DNA of 64,000 nt from Octopus vulgaris (Eukaryota). The stretch is taken from the NCBI GenBank assembly GCA_951406725.2, contig OX597815.1, forward strand, positions 97,526,001-97,590,000, read 5' to 3'. Under the pieces are notes generated by a model. It did no database searches, was not told where the DNA came from, and worked only from the letters and a program-made list of their open reading frames with translations. A program made the translations under genes and the position numbers. Of the stretch, positions 1 through 13,296 are shown one piece after another; positions within the stretch are counted from its first letter, which is position 1; every line of letters begins with the position of its first letter.

Positions 1-1484
1 CGGAGAATCCATCAAGCTAGCCGTCTGCATTTTATCACCAGATTAGCAATATGCATTTGGAAAGATGCATCATTGCTCATGTCAATGCCCAGGTCACGCA
101 CTGATTTTGACTCAGGGATTGCAATTCTTCCTGGGCCAGTGTATCCAGTTTTCACGTCATTTACCTTTGTGTGCCAGCAGCGCAGGACCTGGAACTTACC
201 TGCATTAAACTGCATGTTGTTGTCCTCAGCCCACCTGTATATTGTGTCCAGCTCATGTTGCAGATGCGCAATATTTTCAGGGTTTTGTATTGCGTGGGAG
301 ACTTTTGTGTCATCTGCATAGCTAGCAAGGGTGGTCATCGTAGCAACTGAAGGCATGTCTGAAAGGGCCACTATGAACATCAGTGACCCCAAGACAGTGC
401 CCTGTGGGACACCGCTTGTTATTTGCGTTTCCTTGGAGATGGCTCCATTGCTCACAACTGCCTGTTTTCTGTCTTTTAGGAAGTTGTGCAGCCACTCTCC
501 ATGTTTCCCGCCTATGCCGAGACCACGCAGTTTGTGACAGATCATACCATGGTCGACTTTATCAAAGGCTTTTGCAAAGTCGAGATATATTACATCCACA
601 TTTGAGCCATTTAGTAGCTGTTTCAACACCCAGTCATAGTGTTGCAGGAGCTGTGTTAGGCAGCTTCTACCTGGTCGAAATCCATGCTGGGTGTCAGACA
701 GCAAGTCATTTTCTTCAAGGAACATGATTAGTTTCTTACGGACTATTCGTTCCATGACTTTGCTGATGTGTGAGGTCAGAGAGATAGGCCTATAATTTTT
801 AGCATCTGCTCTGCTACCTCCCTTATGGATAGGGCATATTACCCCCTCTTTCAGTTTGACTGGGAGCTTACCACTTGCAAGAAAGCTCTGCAAAAGAAGC
901 TGTAGCGGTTTTGCAAGGGCTCGTTTGCACGATTTGAGAAGGATCGCTGGGAATCCATCAGGTCCAGTAGCTGAGTTTGTGTCAATCGCATCAATGGCTA
1001 GTGTGATATCATCATCTTCGATGTTGATGTACTCAATTTTTGTCTCTTTGGCCGCAGGTAAAGTGGCAAAGAATTCTTCTGGGTTGTTTACTTGCATGTG
1101 TCCTAGAGGTGTAGTGAACACACTTTGGAACTGTTCGTTCAGTATTTCACTTATCCTCGTGGGATTTCCTGTGAGAGAGCCATCTTTTTGGAAGAGAGGT
1201 CCTATTCTCTGGTGCACTGTGGCTGTCTCTTTGGCAAACTTAAAGAAAGCTTTAGGGTTTGATTTTATATTTTCTATTACCCAAGCTTCTTTATCTGCTC
1301 TCTCCTTTTCATGGGACTGATGTAGACTTTTCTCAGTTTCCATTAGCATTCTTTCGAGCCGGGACTTCTCACCACTTTTGGTGTGCTTGCTCAGGCGGTT
1401 TGCAATCCTTGTCCGTCGTCTCATAAGAATCCTCCTTTCTCTAGGGATCCTGTTTTTGTTCTTGTGTGTGCTGGCCCTGCACAC
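1..1484 (-). mobile_element. CR1-group (CR1/L2-like) non-LTR retrotransposon fragment with RT domain, 5'-truncated, continuing off the window edge
   Basis: 490-aa ORF with [47 protein letters not shown] and VRDLGI motifs. No APE endonuclease domain. The TGA at 12-14 is followed in frame by WIL, so it looks like a premature stop. Confidence 0.93.
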
Positions 1485-1577
1485 ATATATGTATATATAT
1501 GTATATATATATATGTATGTATATGTATATATATATATATGTATATATATGTATAAATATATATATATATATGTATG

Positions 1578-1608
<31 letters not shown>

Positions 1609-1627
1609 ATGTGTGTGTGTATATATG

Positions 1628-1686
<59 letters not shown>

Positions 1687-1744
1687 GTATATATATATGT
1701 ATGTATATGTATATATATATATATATGTATATATATGTATATAT
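1485..1744. repeat. Compound (TA)n/(TG)n microsatellite
   Basis: Direct reading. Confidence 0.95.
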
Positions 1745-2086
1745 GTGAAGGCGCATGGCTCAGTGGTTAGAGCGTCGAGCTTACGATCGTGTGGTTGTGA
1801 GCTCGAATCCCGGACCGGGCTGCGTGTTGTGTTCTTGAGCAAGGCACTTTATTTCACGTTGCTCCAGTTCACTCAGCTGTAGAAATGAGTTGCGACGTCA
1901 CTGGTGCCAGGCTGTATCGACCTTTGTCTTTCCCTTGGATAACACTGGTGGTGTGGAGAGGGGAGGCTGGTATGCATGGGCGACTGCTGGTCTTCCATAA
2001 ACAACCTTGCCCAGACTTGTGTCTAGGAGGGTAACTTTCTAGGTGCAATCCCATGGTCATTCATGACCGAAGGGGGTCTTTACCCT

Positions 2087-2088
<2 letters not shown>
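1745..2088 (+). mobile_element. tRNA-derived SINE, family A, copy 1 (344 bp)
   Basis: A box TGGCTCAGTGG, mutated B box GCTCGAATCC, CORE-like segment TTCTTGAGCAAGGCACTT. Near-identical copy at 18067-18410. Flanked by (TA)n. Confidence 0.9.
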
Positions 2089-2148
<60 letters not shown>

Positions 2149-2149
2149 G

Positions 2150-2196
<47 letters not shown>

Positions 2197-2229
2197 GTGT
2201 GTGTGTGCGTGTGTGTGTGTGTGTGTGTG

Positions 2230-3717
2230 GCGAAAGTCCTTAGACTCAGGTTATAAATCGAAACAGCTCCTATCCCCGTCTGTCATCCCGGTTTACAAAC
2301 AGGGAAACAGATCCCTCGCAGACAACTATCGTCGAATCTCACTCACATCCCACATTATTAAAGTGTTTGAAAGAGTTTTAAAATCAAGGATAGCTGTCTT
2401 CCTGGAGATCCACAAACTCCCAAATGCAAATAAGAATGGCTTTCGCTGTGGAAGAGACTGTCTAACACAGTTCTTACACCATATGGAGGATATACTTAAA
2501 GACTTGGGAACAGGTTCGAACTCTGATGTCATATTTCATGACTTCAGTAAAGCGTTGACCATAACATCTTACTCTCAAAATTGGCAAATGATGAAATCCG
2601 TGGAAAACTTCTACACTGGATTGAGTATTTCGTGGCGAATAGAGCACATGTTGTGGTCTAAAGAGTCCAATCAAGCCCGGCAAAATTCAATAGCGGTGTC
2701 CGTCAGGGGACTCTCTTGGATCGAATCTCTTTATAATCTATATAAACGACCTTTACAGCGTCGTAACACACAGCAAAGTGAAAATACTTGCTGATGACAC
2801 CAAGCTATAGAAAATCGTCAATGCAGAAGACCGAACTCAACTCCTGTCTGATCTATATACGGTGAGTCAATGGGCAGACAAAATGCAACTAAACGAGGTA
2901 AAATTTGACTGATGCATTTTGGAAGAAAGACTATACTAAAACAGCCATAATCTCTTCCTTCAGAGGAACTGCTCACAGTATCTAATAATATCAGAGACCT
3001 GGGTGTAATTGTTGATAACAATCTCAGTTGGAGAGCCCACATCAACAATAAGGTCGATATAAGAACCTTCCCATCCAGAGAACAATATCTCATCATTCCA
3101 CTTTTCTCCTCCTTTGTACGGCCACACTTCGAATACTGCTGCCCTCTGTGGTTTCTCCATACATAACAAAACATCTCGAAAATTGAATCATCCCAGAGGT
3201 CATTTACTAAACGAATAAAGGTCTATACTGATCTCGATTAGTGGGACTGCCTTAAAGCCTTGAAACTCTACTCTCTCCAGTGCCATTGCGAGCAGTAACT
3301 CATTTCCATGATGTGGAGAATATACCGCCAGCATTGACCAAGAATACCTGAACATTAGCTTCAATGTTTATCCGAGGCTAGGAGCACGGGTGATAATCCC
3401 ACGCCCAATTCAGGATCACAACATATGGGTACATTGCGACACAATTTCTTTCCATGAACAGTCCCTGCCCTATTTAACATTGTCCCAAATCTGATCAAAG
3501 AGGACAGGAATCCCATCACCTTTAAACGGAATCTGGACAAATTTCTCCAAGAAATACCAGACAAGCACCTATACCTGGACACAACTCAACAAGAGCTCCA
3601 TAGCTGAATGGACCATGGCACCACAAAACTTGACTTAAAAAGGATTTAAATAATCATATCAGGTGGTACATTTAAGTTAGACATGGTCCGGACCAATCTT
3701 TGGTTGAAGCATATCTA

Positions 3718-3722
<5 letters not shown>
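2230..3722 (+). mobile_element. Degenerate CR1-group LINE 3' half (RT plus 3' UTR)
   Basis: [43 protein letters not shown] and DFSKA, then frameshifted ADDTKL, IRDLGVI, VRPHFEYCCPLW, LKLYSLQ and FKRNLDKFL. Confidence 0.88.
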
Positions 3723-3785
<63 letters not shown>

Positions 3786-3798
3786 GTATGTATATTTA

Positions 3799-3837
<39 letters not shown>

Positions 3838-4591
3838 ATCCGCCAGCATATCATACATATCTATTATATATACTATTATATCAAGCCAAATATTTCTTCC
3901 ATTCTGCTTCTATGTGTCTCCCTTTTTAGCTTGATATGATATTAGGCGAGTTGTGTTTTAGAGGAATATAGAGTTAACGATAGACAGGGTTGGCAGAAAG
4001 TATGTGTTTGTGCATTATGGGTCGATATAAAACTTTACTTATATCGTGTTCGGTTTAATGTAGGTATTTTGGATAGTTAGATCTTAAACATATCGTAGCA
4101 ATGCTCTACATGAATGCTGGGTATGCTTTTTTATCTCGGGTGTGTGATCGTTTGGATTCCGGAGAATAGATATTGGAACTGTTATTACGACATATATTTT
4201 CATATGTGCATTTTTGTTTCTGATATTAAGACGCCACACATTTCTCAGAGATGCAGTCTCTGAACCTTCAAACTCACTAAATGTCGAATTTTGTCGCATG
4301 GTTTATCTACCGCTGTTATATGTTCAAACTGTGTTATATCTCACAACAAGAATTCAGCAACTTCATTTTCAATACAAATTTCCTCTTGGTATGTCTACTG
4401 CATATCATATAATTGGATCCGCATTTTCTGTTCCACTTGCAATATATATTTTTCTACTTCGCATGTATTCATTTCTAATTTTGCGTGTGCCAATTTGCAA
4501 TGTTGGCACCCAAGACAATTGATGATTTCTTATTTGAAAACACGTTATCTTCGTACGCATACTGTCTCCCCCCCCCCTCTCTCTCTCTCTG

Positions 4592-4654
<63 letters not shown>

Positions 4655-4705
4655 TGTATGTTTGTATGTATGTATAGTATTTTTCAAAATTCTTTGTCAC
4701 TTTCT

Positions 4706-4737
<32 letters not shown>

Positions 4738-6269
4738 TAGATTTGCTACTTCTCTTATTCATCCCTTTTTACTCATTTTTTCACATTCCATTCCTCCTTG
4801 TCTTTCGTTGCATAGTTATTGTTTCCTCTGATCATTCGTCAGGAAATCTTATATTTTTTTGCTTTAGTTTTCTATTCTTACGAAGGTCATCCTAACTGTA
4901 ATCAACCTTATCAGCTTTCCGTTTGACATCCATTATTATTATCCTAGTTGGCATCGTCAACATGATCACAAAATTCACCATCACCATTAACACACGCATT
5001 TTCTTTCTCATTATATTGCGCTTCGTCATTTTGTAGTTGCTGTTAATATTAGGTTGTATTATGACAGTATTATGTTACTGTCATTTTCTAAGTCACGACG
5101 AATTACATATATGCCACATGCATTTCACACAAAGTAGATCAGCTAAACTATTGCATTCTCAATTATATTTTATTGGAACGGACTCGTGTAAAACATCAAG
5201 ATATATTGCAGAGTAATGTTTCAAAAACTTCTCCGCATATACAACATTTACCAGTTACATGTCAGATATTGGGTATTTTATTTCCTAAGGATACGGTAGA
5301 GATCGTCATTTCGTGTATTGCGGATGTTTCTGCTCCTGTAAACTTATTCAGGCAGGACATTGTCATCACACAACCTGGTAATTAGGTGGAATTCTGGTTT
5401 AAGCACCAGATATAAGCCTTCATAAGTTTTTCCTTTCATGTTCAGAAAATTTTTGCGAATTTGTGTTTTACACACACAAATTCATACGATTTTAAAAAAA
5501 TATTTTGTTGTTAAGCTCTTCTTCCCCAAGAAATCCTAAAAGTTCCACTCCTTTTGGAATTTTTATAAAATCAGCGTTGAAAAGTGCGAACTGTCCGATT
5601 TTTATATTTTGCTTCAATAACAGCAACGGAACACCCTTGGGTGCATCATCATTCCCTTAAATGGATCATGAAGAGCAAAAGAAAAAAAAAGAATCAGTAC
5701 ATGTCAGAATGACGAGGAAGATCTCAGGTGGCCATGAGATGTGCTAAAACCAACAGTTAAATCGCCTTTAAAACACACAAAATTTGTTTTGCATAATCGA
5801 ATTAATTCCCGCATATAGAATGCAAATTCCCAAAACATTTCTGTAAAGTCCAAAAAGTAAAATTGTTATGAGGGGTTATATGACTGCTTAAACCAGAGTT
5901 CCACCAGTAATCAAATGAATGTCCCTTTGTGTTTGATAACGATGGTTGACACGAAAAATGCTGGTGCCATTATGCATCTCACTGCTGCTGCACTTGGTTT
6001 AAATTTCAATTATCAAATATCACTTTTAATTACTGGTTAGAATTTTGCTGTTCCAGTGACAATATATTGGCTACCTTTTGAACGATAGTAATCAACATCC
6101 AAATGCAAATAATTTTGTCGTGAGCTTGACGTTTGTTCATTTCCGCAATACGGATTACGCAGTAATGCAGGGGAGATTTACATGCATTTTTGCATCGATT
6201 CAGAGATATCACCGATTATCGTGTTAAATTATCGTGTAATTTAACATTAAGTATTAACCATTAACAATG

Positions 6270-6930
6270 AACTGGCCAATTGTGCGTATAGCACTTTTAC
6301 TCTACAGCATTCGTATGATAATTTTTGAAATATTTTTTCTTATATGGGTTTATTATCGACCTCTATATTGTTACCGTTTTATTGAACTGTTTTTATAGGT
6401 GTAATTTCGAGAGAATTCTTTTACCTGAATATTTCAGACATTTTTGTGTTTTTATTTAAGACTGTTATCTTTATATATATATTTTATATATACATTTATA
6501 TAAATACATTGACTTTTGGCAATACTGAAAGTTGATTGGCTATAAATGGATTTTTATTTTCTTGGATGGGTTATCTTCTATCTTCTGGGGTCTAATACTT
6601 ACTATCTATATCGAACATCTATCGTATTTAATTGCTCTTCAAACGTATAATTCATACTGAGCAATTTTTGTTTTGTAACGATATAATCCTTATATCAGAT
6701 TGCATTGTTTTTATTGCTATGCCTATGAAAGTGTATAAATTGTAATTTAAATTCCTGACATAACTTGGTATAATATGATTTGATGTTATTTTTTTTCTAA
6801 GTATATTGATTATAAAGACTCTTAACCTACATTGTCATTGAAGAGTGTAATTTATGTTTCTCAATGTGAGTTTATGTTTAAGGAACACTGTAGAATCCAG
6901 GTACATCATTTAGTAACATTGTTTGGTAAA
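6270..6930 (-). mobile_element. Possible heavily decayed Penelope-like RT remnant
   Basis: Minus-strand fragments PGFYSVP* and PSYVRN resemble the PLE motifs P.FYxxPKIHK and PSYxxD. Many stops. Confidence 0.3.
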
Positions 6931-7945
6931 ATAACAGCCACATATTATCAACTCAATGATATATATTCTAACGAAATGTTTCTTAAAATATGAGTTGTGT
7001 TATATTTGCACTGCTACATTTTACCTTTGTATTTGACTCGTATGCTTCGCAGTGTATGGGTATGCTTCAACTAATATAGAGTCAATAATATATATGTATG
7101 TGCGAGTTAATAATATATATGTATGTGCGAGTTAATAAATGCATGTGTTCGTGTGTGCGAGAGAAAGAGAGAAAGAAAGTAAGAGAGAGAGAAAGAATGA
7201 GAGAAAGAATGAGAGAAAATTTATATATGTGTAAGGATTTTTCTAATTGACTATTCTATTTTTCGTTTCTGATTCTATATATGTGGAAAAGTTTATATCG
7301 CCTATTCTGTAATTATATTGTTATTTGGAGAAGCTACATCAATATATACAATACATTTGAATATCGTATCCTACATTGTGAGAGCAATGTGATTCGTTCC
7401 CTATATTTTCATAAACTTGCATTATCCTGTTAGATATTCATAGCATTTTTGATACGCAAAAATATTTGTTTCGTATTCTTGCAATATGCTTTCAGCTACG
7501 AAGACTTCATTGTTTCACGTACAATCCAAGGAAATTTTATTGCCAACCTGGCTGTTGCTCTGTAGCCTTAAGCGGACAATTTAGAATATGTAGGATATTG
7601 AGATTAATGCAACTAATTGTCTTATGAAATAGTCAACTCATTTGCTATTCAGATTTAATAATTTCATAATCTATATATATTCTGGTCATGTTTCTTCGTA
7701 AATACTTCTCATATACCGCCATTATTCGACCTTTTGTTTTCCTTTTGATTTATGATTACTAGCGTAAGATATAGCTGGCAAATTATAAAAAAGGGGTATA
7801 TTTAGACATTGAAGAATTGCTCATGGAAAGTATTAATTTGGATGTTATAAATATGTTCGTAGACATGGTAATTGTGTTATGGCTTCGGTAGAAAGCGGAG
7901 TTTTGTATTAATGGACATCATTCACAATTAGTATTCAAATGAGAC

Positions 7946-7952
<7 letters not shown>

Positions 7953-8011
<59 letters not shown>
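7953..8011. repeat. (CT)n microsatellite
   Basis: Direct reading. Confidence 0.95.
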
Positions 8012-8015
<4 letters not shown>

Positions 8016-8219
8016 ATTATTCATTAGGTTAACATATTTTTCATTGCTTAGTACGATTAAAAGATGCAGCGAAATCATTTTAAAACCAATGGAATTGGTG
8101 GGCGTAAAGATAAAAGTTTACCTCTGCTCCGACATCGTGGCCAAATGCCTACGGAAAATGGGATCCGCCAAATGCTGCCAAAGAAGGGATACTTGAGTTA
8201 AACTAGGTTACGATTTAAC

Positions 8220-8375
8220 AACTTTTACGAAGTTTCCATCTTCAGAATCCACTCACAAACTATTAGTTAACCCGAAGCTCTAATAAAAACGTGTTGCCAA
8301 ATGTCCTGTGTATGTGAATCAATCCAAGAAATACGGGGTTTTTGCCAGAAGAATCGTAACCCCAGACCTATGCGT
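8220..8375 (-). mobile_element. Degenerate SINE family C fragment
   Basis: AGTTTCC...AATCCACTCACAAA... aligns loosely to 60639-60750. Confidence 0.5.
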
Positions 8376-9576
8376 ACATCACGGTATAATTAGTTTAATT
8401 TACACTTATAATGTATCAAAAACAAATGGATATAGGTAATGAGTAAACGTATTTGTTTTAATACATATGGAGTTTAACATGTGTTAACAATATATTGGGT
8501 AGAAACTATTACTCTACAAATATAATAACTCATATCCGGCATCCACTGGTTTCAGATAAACAAAATTGAAATATAACATGTCGAACAATATCTCATTTGT
8601 TCAGTCATTTCAATTCTTTGATGTATTACATTTACATACACATTTTCGCTTTAGGATATATAATGGTATAATGATACCCCAGTGATTGTTTACTCCAGTT
8701 CCATCAATGTTTCAATGATGAAGATGTTGTTGTTGTTGTTGGTGGTGGTGGTGATGGTGGTGATGATGATGATGGTGATATATTAATCAATATCAGAATC
8801 GCCATCAGTATCTTCATTTATACATTGTCTTCATCATCAGTAATATTGACAACATATTCATCCTTTACAGTTAGAGTACCGTAATATGTACGATTTCGAG
8901 ATCACTTCAGCAGAAATTTGTTATTCGAAAACATAGTCTTAATATATACAAAACTAAAGTCAAGATTATATACCTATGCCGGTTAGCCAGAAATATACTT
9001 TTCTTCAAAATTTTTATGAGGCTATTGGTCACATATATGTATGCAAACGTGCCTACATGACTTTAAGCATGTCTTCGTAACTTTGGCATATACTAGAAGG
9101 ATACTGATACACAAGAATTAAGGAATGGAGTAGATAAGATACGAGCGACATGTTTCATAGCAACCGACAGTGTAAACTTTCATTTAATCAAGAGATCCTT
9201 TGCCTGAAGTATAGGCTATGGTATACACATCGATTGGATATCTACCACTTTCGAAGTTCCGCTCGCTATGAACCATATGTAACTCGGATTTTACCAACAC
9301 CATTCCTAAACACTTGTATTTTTATTCGCATACCCGGCAACTCTGGACGCCTACCGGGAAATATAAAAGGAACTTTTTTCGGTTTATTGCCTTCGATACG
9401 AAAAATTCCACAGCCTTCCGTCTCAGGAGACTCCTATTGCCTCTGACAGGTTTTTTAAAATAATATTTTTACAGATTGCTTGAAACTACCTTGCTTCCTA
9501 CACCTCGAACCCTGGATCACACACACATTCACGAACACACATTCACACACACACACATAGGCACACACACGTACAT

Positions 9577-9694
<118 letters not shown>

Positions 9695-9736
9695 CCTGAT
9701 AAGAAACAATCACTTTATTATTGATATATATATATA

Positions 9737-10165
9737 CAGTATTCGGTGGATAAATTTTCGTATGAATTAAGCAGAAATGAAAATAACACTGACATCTCGT
9801 TTTAACAGATATATTTACCAAAGTTACACTAGGATATCTTGAAAAGCTAAGGAGTATATTTATTTTCTTGGCTTTTACCACAGCCTCCAGAAGGTTTCGA
9901 AATCTCCTGCAAATCTTCTGGACGGATTCCTTGTTTAAGTTTGGTGAATGCTGTTATAATCCATGCTTTCAGTTCATATTTGGTGTTACAAGAAATTTTG
10001 TTGGTCTTTTGCTGAACTGCACCTCGCACATAATAATCAAGGTTACAGTCTGGGGAGTTAGGTGGCAAGATGTTAGGGGTGATGTGGTCGTAGAAATTGC
10101 ATGACAACCATGACTGGGTCCTCCTGTTTATGTGGTATGGTGCAGAGTTCTGTTGCCAGACATAG
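9737..10165 (-). mobile_element. Tc1/mariner-superfamily (maT/DD37D-like) transposase 3' fragment with probable terminal repeat
   Basis: VWQQNSAPYH...PNILPPNSPDCNLDYYVRG matches the QQDxAPxH and WPPxSPDxNPLDY catalytic blocks. Ends at TA-CAG near 9737. Confidence 0.8.
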
Positions 10166-10645
10166 AATATATATATATATATATATATATGTGGGGGGTG
10201 TATAAGTCGACCAAGTAGTGTGGTTGAACTATTCACATATGCAAAAGCATAACTGAAACAGCTGTTAGCCTGTGATGAATAAGAAAATTATTTATTTATT
10301 TATCACATTTATTTCTATTTTGTGTATCACTGCGTAAAACCAAACCATCTTAACTCGGTAACCTAGTCATGGAGTAACAAATTTCAATGTTCGTGGACTG
10401 ATTATGTGGAGTACAATAGTGATCACAAGACATTATATTCGTTCACCAGGTGAAAGTTTATTTGCGGAGAGTTGAAGAAAAATTTAAATTGGATTACTAA
10501 TCCCTTATTAGTCTCCCTTTATTTTGACGGATTAATAAGGGGTTGCTATATATATGTGTGCGTGTGGGCATGTGTGTGCACGTGTGTATGTACGTGTGTA
10601 TGTGTATTTTATATACACACACATACATATATACATACACACACA

Positions 10646-10674
<29 letters not shown>

Positions 10675-10682
<8 letters not shown>

Positions 10683-11051
10683 AATCAACGAAAATGCATA
10701 TTGCAAATAGAAAAAGGCTATTTATGACAGGTAGTGTCAAATATATACATTTAGATTGACTGAGGTAGTAATACGAGTCATAAAGGTCATTATTATGAGA
10801 TGATAATAAAGTAAGAGAATAAAGTAAAAGAACAAAGATATGTTAACGGTGCTGTTCAAACAATGAATAGCCTTCGCGTAAACACTGGTTCGTTTTGTTC
10901 TCTTATTTATTATCATCTTATAATCATCTTATAATAATGATCTTTATGACACGTATTACTACCTCAGTAAATCTAAATGTATATATTTGTCACTACCTGT
11001 CATAAATAGCCTTTTTTATTTGCAATATGCATTTTCGTTGATTTTTCATAT
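10675..11051. repeat. Long imperfect inverted repeat (arms ~160 bp)
   Basis: ATGAAAAATCAACGAAAATGCATATTGCAAATA... versus ...TATTTGCAATATGCATTTTCGTTGATTTTTCAT. Confidence 0.9.
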
Positions 11052-11104
11052 TTTACACTTACATTTCCACGTGTATTTTATATTTTCTTTTTGTAACATA
11101 TTTC

Positions 11105-11160
<56 letters not shown>

Positions 11161-11547
11161 ACAATCAAGGAACGGCCATAATAGGCCATTCACCCACTAG
11201 AAATAACAGCCAAAAGCTTTAACCGCAAAATAACGTCAATTCCGTAAACCAGGAGAAAATTGAAAAACATTTACCCTGTAATTTCTTAGACGATGCACCG
11301 TTTCATTTTCTGTTTAATGGAAAACTAACCTGATTAAATTAAATCAAGCCAATCTACCATAGGCCCTTAGATTCATCAGTAAGAAATAGCCAAACCGGAA
11401 CAGATATTTTTCACGAGGTATTCTCATTGCTACCTCGTCAATATCTGACCTAAAATTTTCAAATCGTCGCACTCGCGCCAAATTTAACGGCAGCAAATAA
11501 ATATAAGCCGCCGATTCCATTACGGAATTAACCAGAAAATTCATAAT

Positions 11548-11730
11548 TAATCAATATAGGGTGGCAAAAAAATTTTGTAGAATTCTTTTGCCACCAGCGG
11601 CCTAGTGGGAAAAAATTAAATAGTCATAAACCATGTTGAACTTAAAAATGGTTTATGACTATTTAATTTTTTCCCACTAGGCCGCTGGTGGCAAAAGAAT
11701 TCTACAAAATTTTTTTGCCACCCTATATTG

Positions 11731-11734
<4 letters not shown>
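11548..11734. repeat. Perfect 87-bp inverted repeat with 13-nt loop (fold-back/MITE-like)
   Basis: 11548-11634 is the exact reverse complement of 11648-11734. Confidence 0.95.
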
Positions 11735-11767
<33 letters not shown>

Positions 11768-12355
11768 GAGAGAATGTGTGCGTGTGCCTATATATCCACT
11801 CTACCTAATATCATCAGCTACATTTTTCACTTCATTACAATTCACACTGATGTGAACTAGTCACAGGTAAACATGTTGGTATACGTATATTGTATACAGT
11901 GTAAAATTTTACCAGTCTGGCACGATTTCCTCTCTTTTAGTTGGTGTACAAAAAGCGACAGTCGTTTCCGCTTACTGTCATTGTTTTGCTAACGCCTTTT
12001 CATTGTTGATCGATGTATACATTTGTGCTAACGCCGCAAGATTTATTTATGTACTTATATATTTCATGTTTCAAATACAAGATAATTGCTATTCAGTTTT
12101 CACATTCAATATCATTTTTTCTTTAGGCTCTATATCCTCTTCTTTCTCATTTATCTTTCACACCCCCACATATATTTCAAAAAGAAAGACATACACATTG
12201 AAAACAAAACCACTTTTAGATACAGCAGAAAATACACATGCAGCACACGGCAAATACTTATATATACAGACTTACATACTGATGTTAGTACACAAATATA
12301 TCTTATTGTGTTTATTGATGGCCTCACCGCTTTCAGATCACGACCAACTATCTTA

Positions 12356-12396
<41 letters not shown>

Positions 12397-12399
<3 letters not shown>

Positions 12400-12590
12400 G
12401 GGGAGAGGAGAATTCACACAAAAGGAACGAAGACAGGTGGTGTAGACAACAAAAAGATGTATTAGTTTAACGCTCGGGAAGTGAAAAAGTCTTTAACGTT
12501 TCGAGCCTACGCTCTTCCACAGAAAGGAACACAGAAAAAACAGAGAGAGAGAATTTTTTAAAATGTGTAACGATCTATCATGGCGAATGC

Positions 12591-12593
<3 letters not shown>
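12397..12593 (-). mobile_element. Short non-coding Penelope pLTR-like element, family H, copy 1
   Basis: Homologous to 43905-44100 and 63665-63860, sits between (TA)n runs, and carries a hammerhead-like motif. Confidence 0.7.
12491..12526 (-). ncRNA. Candidate minimal type I hammerhead ribozyme (variant core)
   Basis: Minus strand reads CTTT-CTGTGGA-A-GAGC-GTAG-GCTC-GAAAC-GTT-AAAG: helix I, core, helix II, GAAA, NUH. Confidence 0.6.
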
Positions 12594-12630
<37 letters not shown>

Positions 12631-12899
12631 AAAACGTGTTGTTGAAAATGCAACTAAATTTCAAAAACTCGTAAATGTTTAAAATACATTTATTTACATT
12701 TATATACCAAACTAATTTCAACAATATTTTTTTCATCAATGGTAAAAGCTTAAAATTAGAAAAAAAAAACAACTTTAAAGTGTTTCAATGTTGACAAAGT
12801 AATATGTTTCACGTATGTGTGTATATATATATATGTGTGTATGTGGAGCTTTTCTGTGTTAATTGTTAACAGGGCAAAATTACACTCATCTATTTATAT

Positions 12900-12930
<31 letters not shown>

Positions 12931-12933
12931 AAG

Positions 12934-13005
<72 letters not shown>

Positions 13006-13259
13006 GGGTTTGTATGATTGTGTATAGAGGGATATATATGATTCAAAGGAATTCCAACTCTGTCTGTTTTTTATGTTTTATTTCTATTCTTTATAATATC
13101 AATGTAGAATATACAATATATAGTATAAATATTATATATATAGTAAAATGAAATGAAGTATTGATTGTCTTATTGAATAGATGAAATATTGAATATAAAA
13201 TATTAAGGGATAGTATACTTTCTTGCATTATAGCAGTCTTCAAGGTCCCAGGTTGTGAC

Positions 13260-13296
13260 AGGAGTGTTTCAACTGTCACACAGTTGAAACACTCCT
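13260..13296. repeat. Perfect 17-bp hairpin with 3-nt loop
   Basis: AGGAGTGTTTCAACTGT-CAC-ACAGTTGAAACACTCCT. Confidence 0.9.

Noticed and set aside
1745-1815. tRNA-like sequences (also at 18067, 19412, 24150, 26880, 53470)
   Set aside because: These are SINE heads with repeated downstream bodies and no complete cloverleaf
1378-1882. Many ORFs rich in [12 protein letters not shown], here and throughout the window
   Set aside because: They are translations of stop-free microsatellites, not genes
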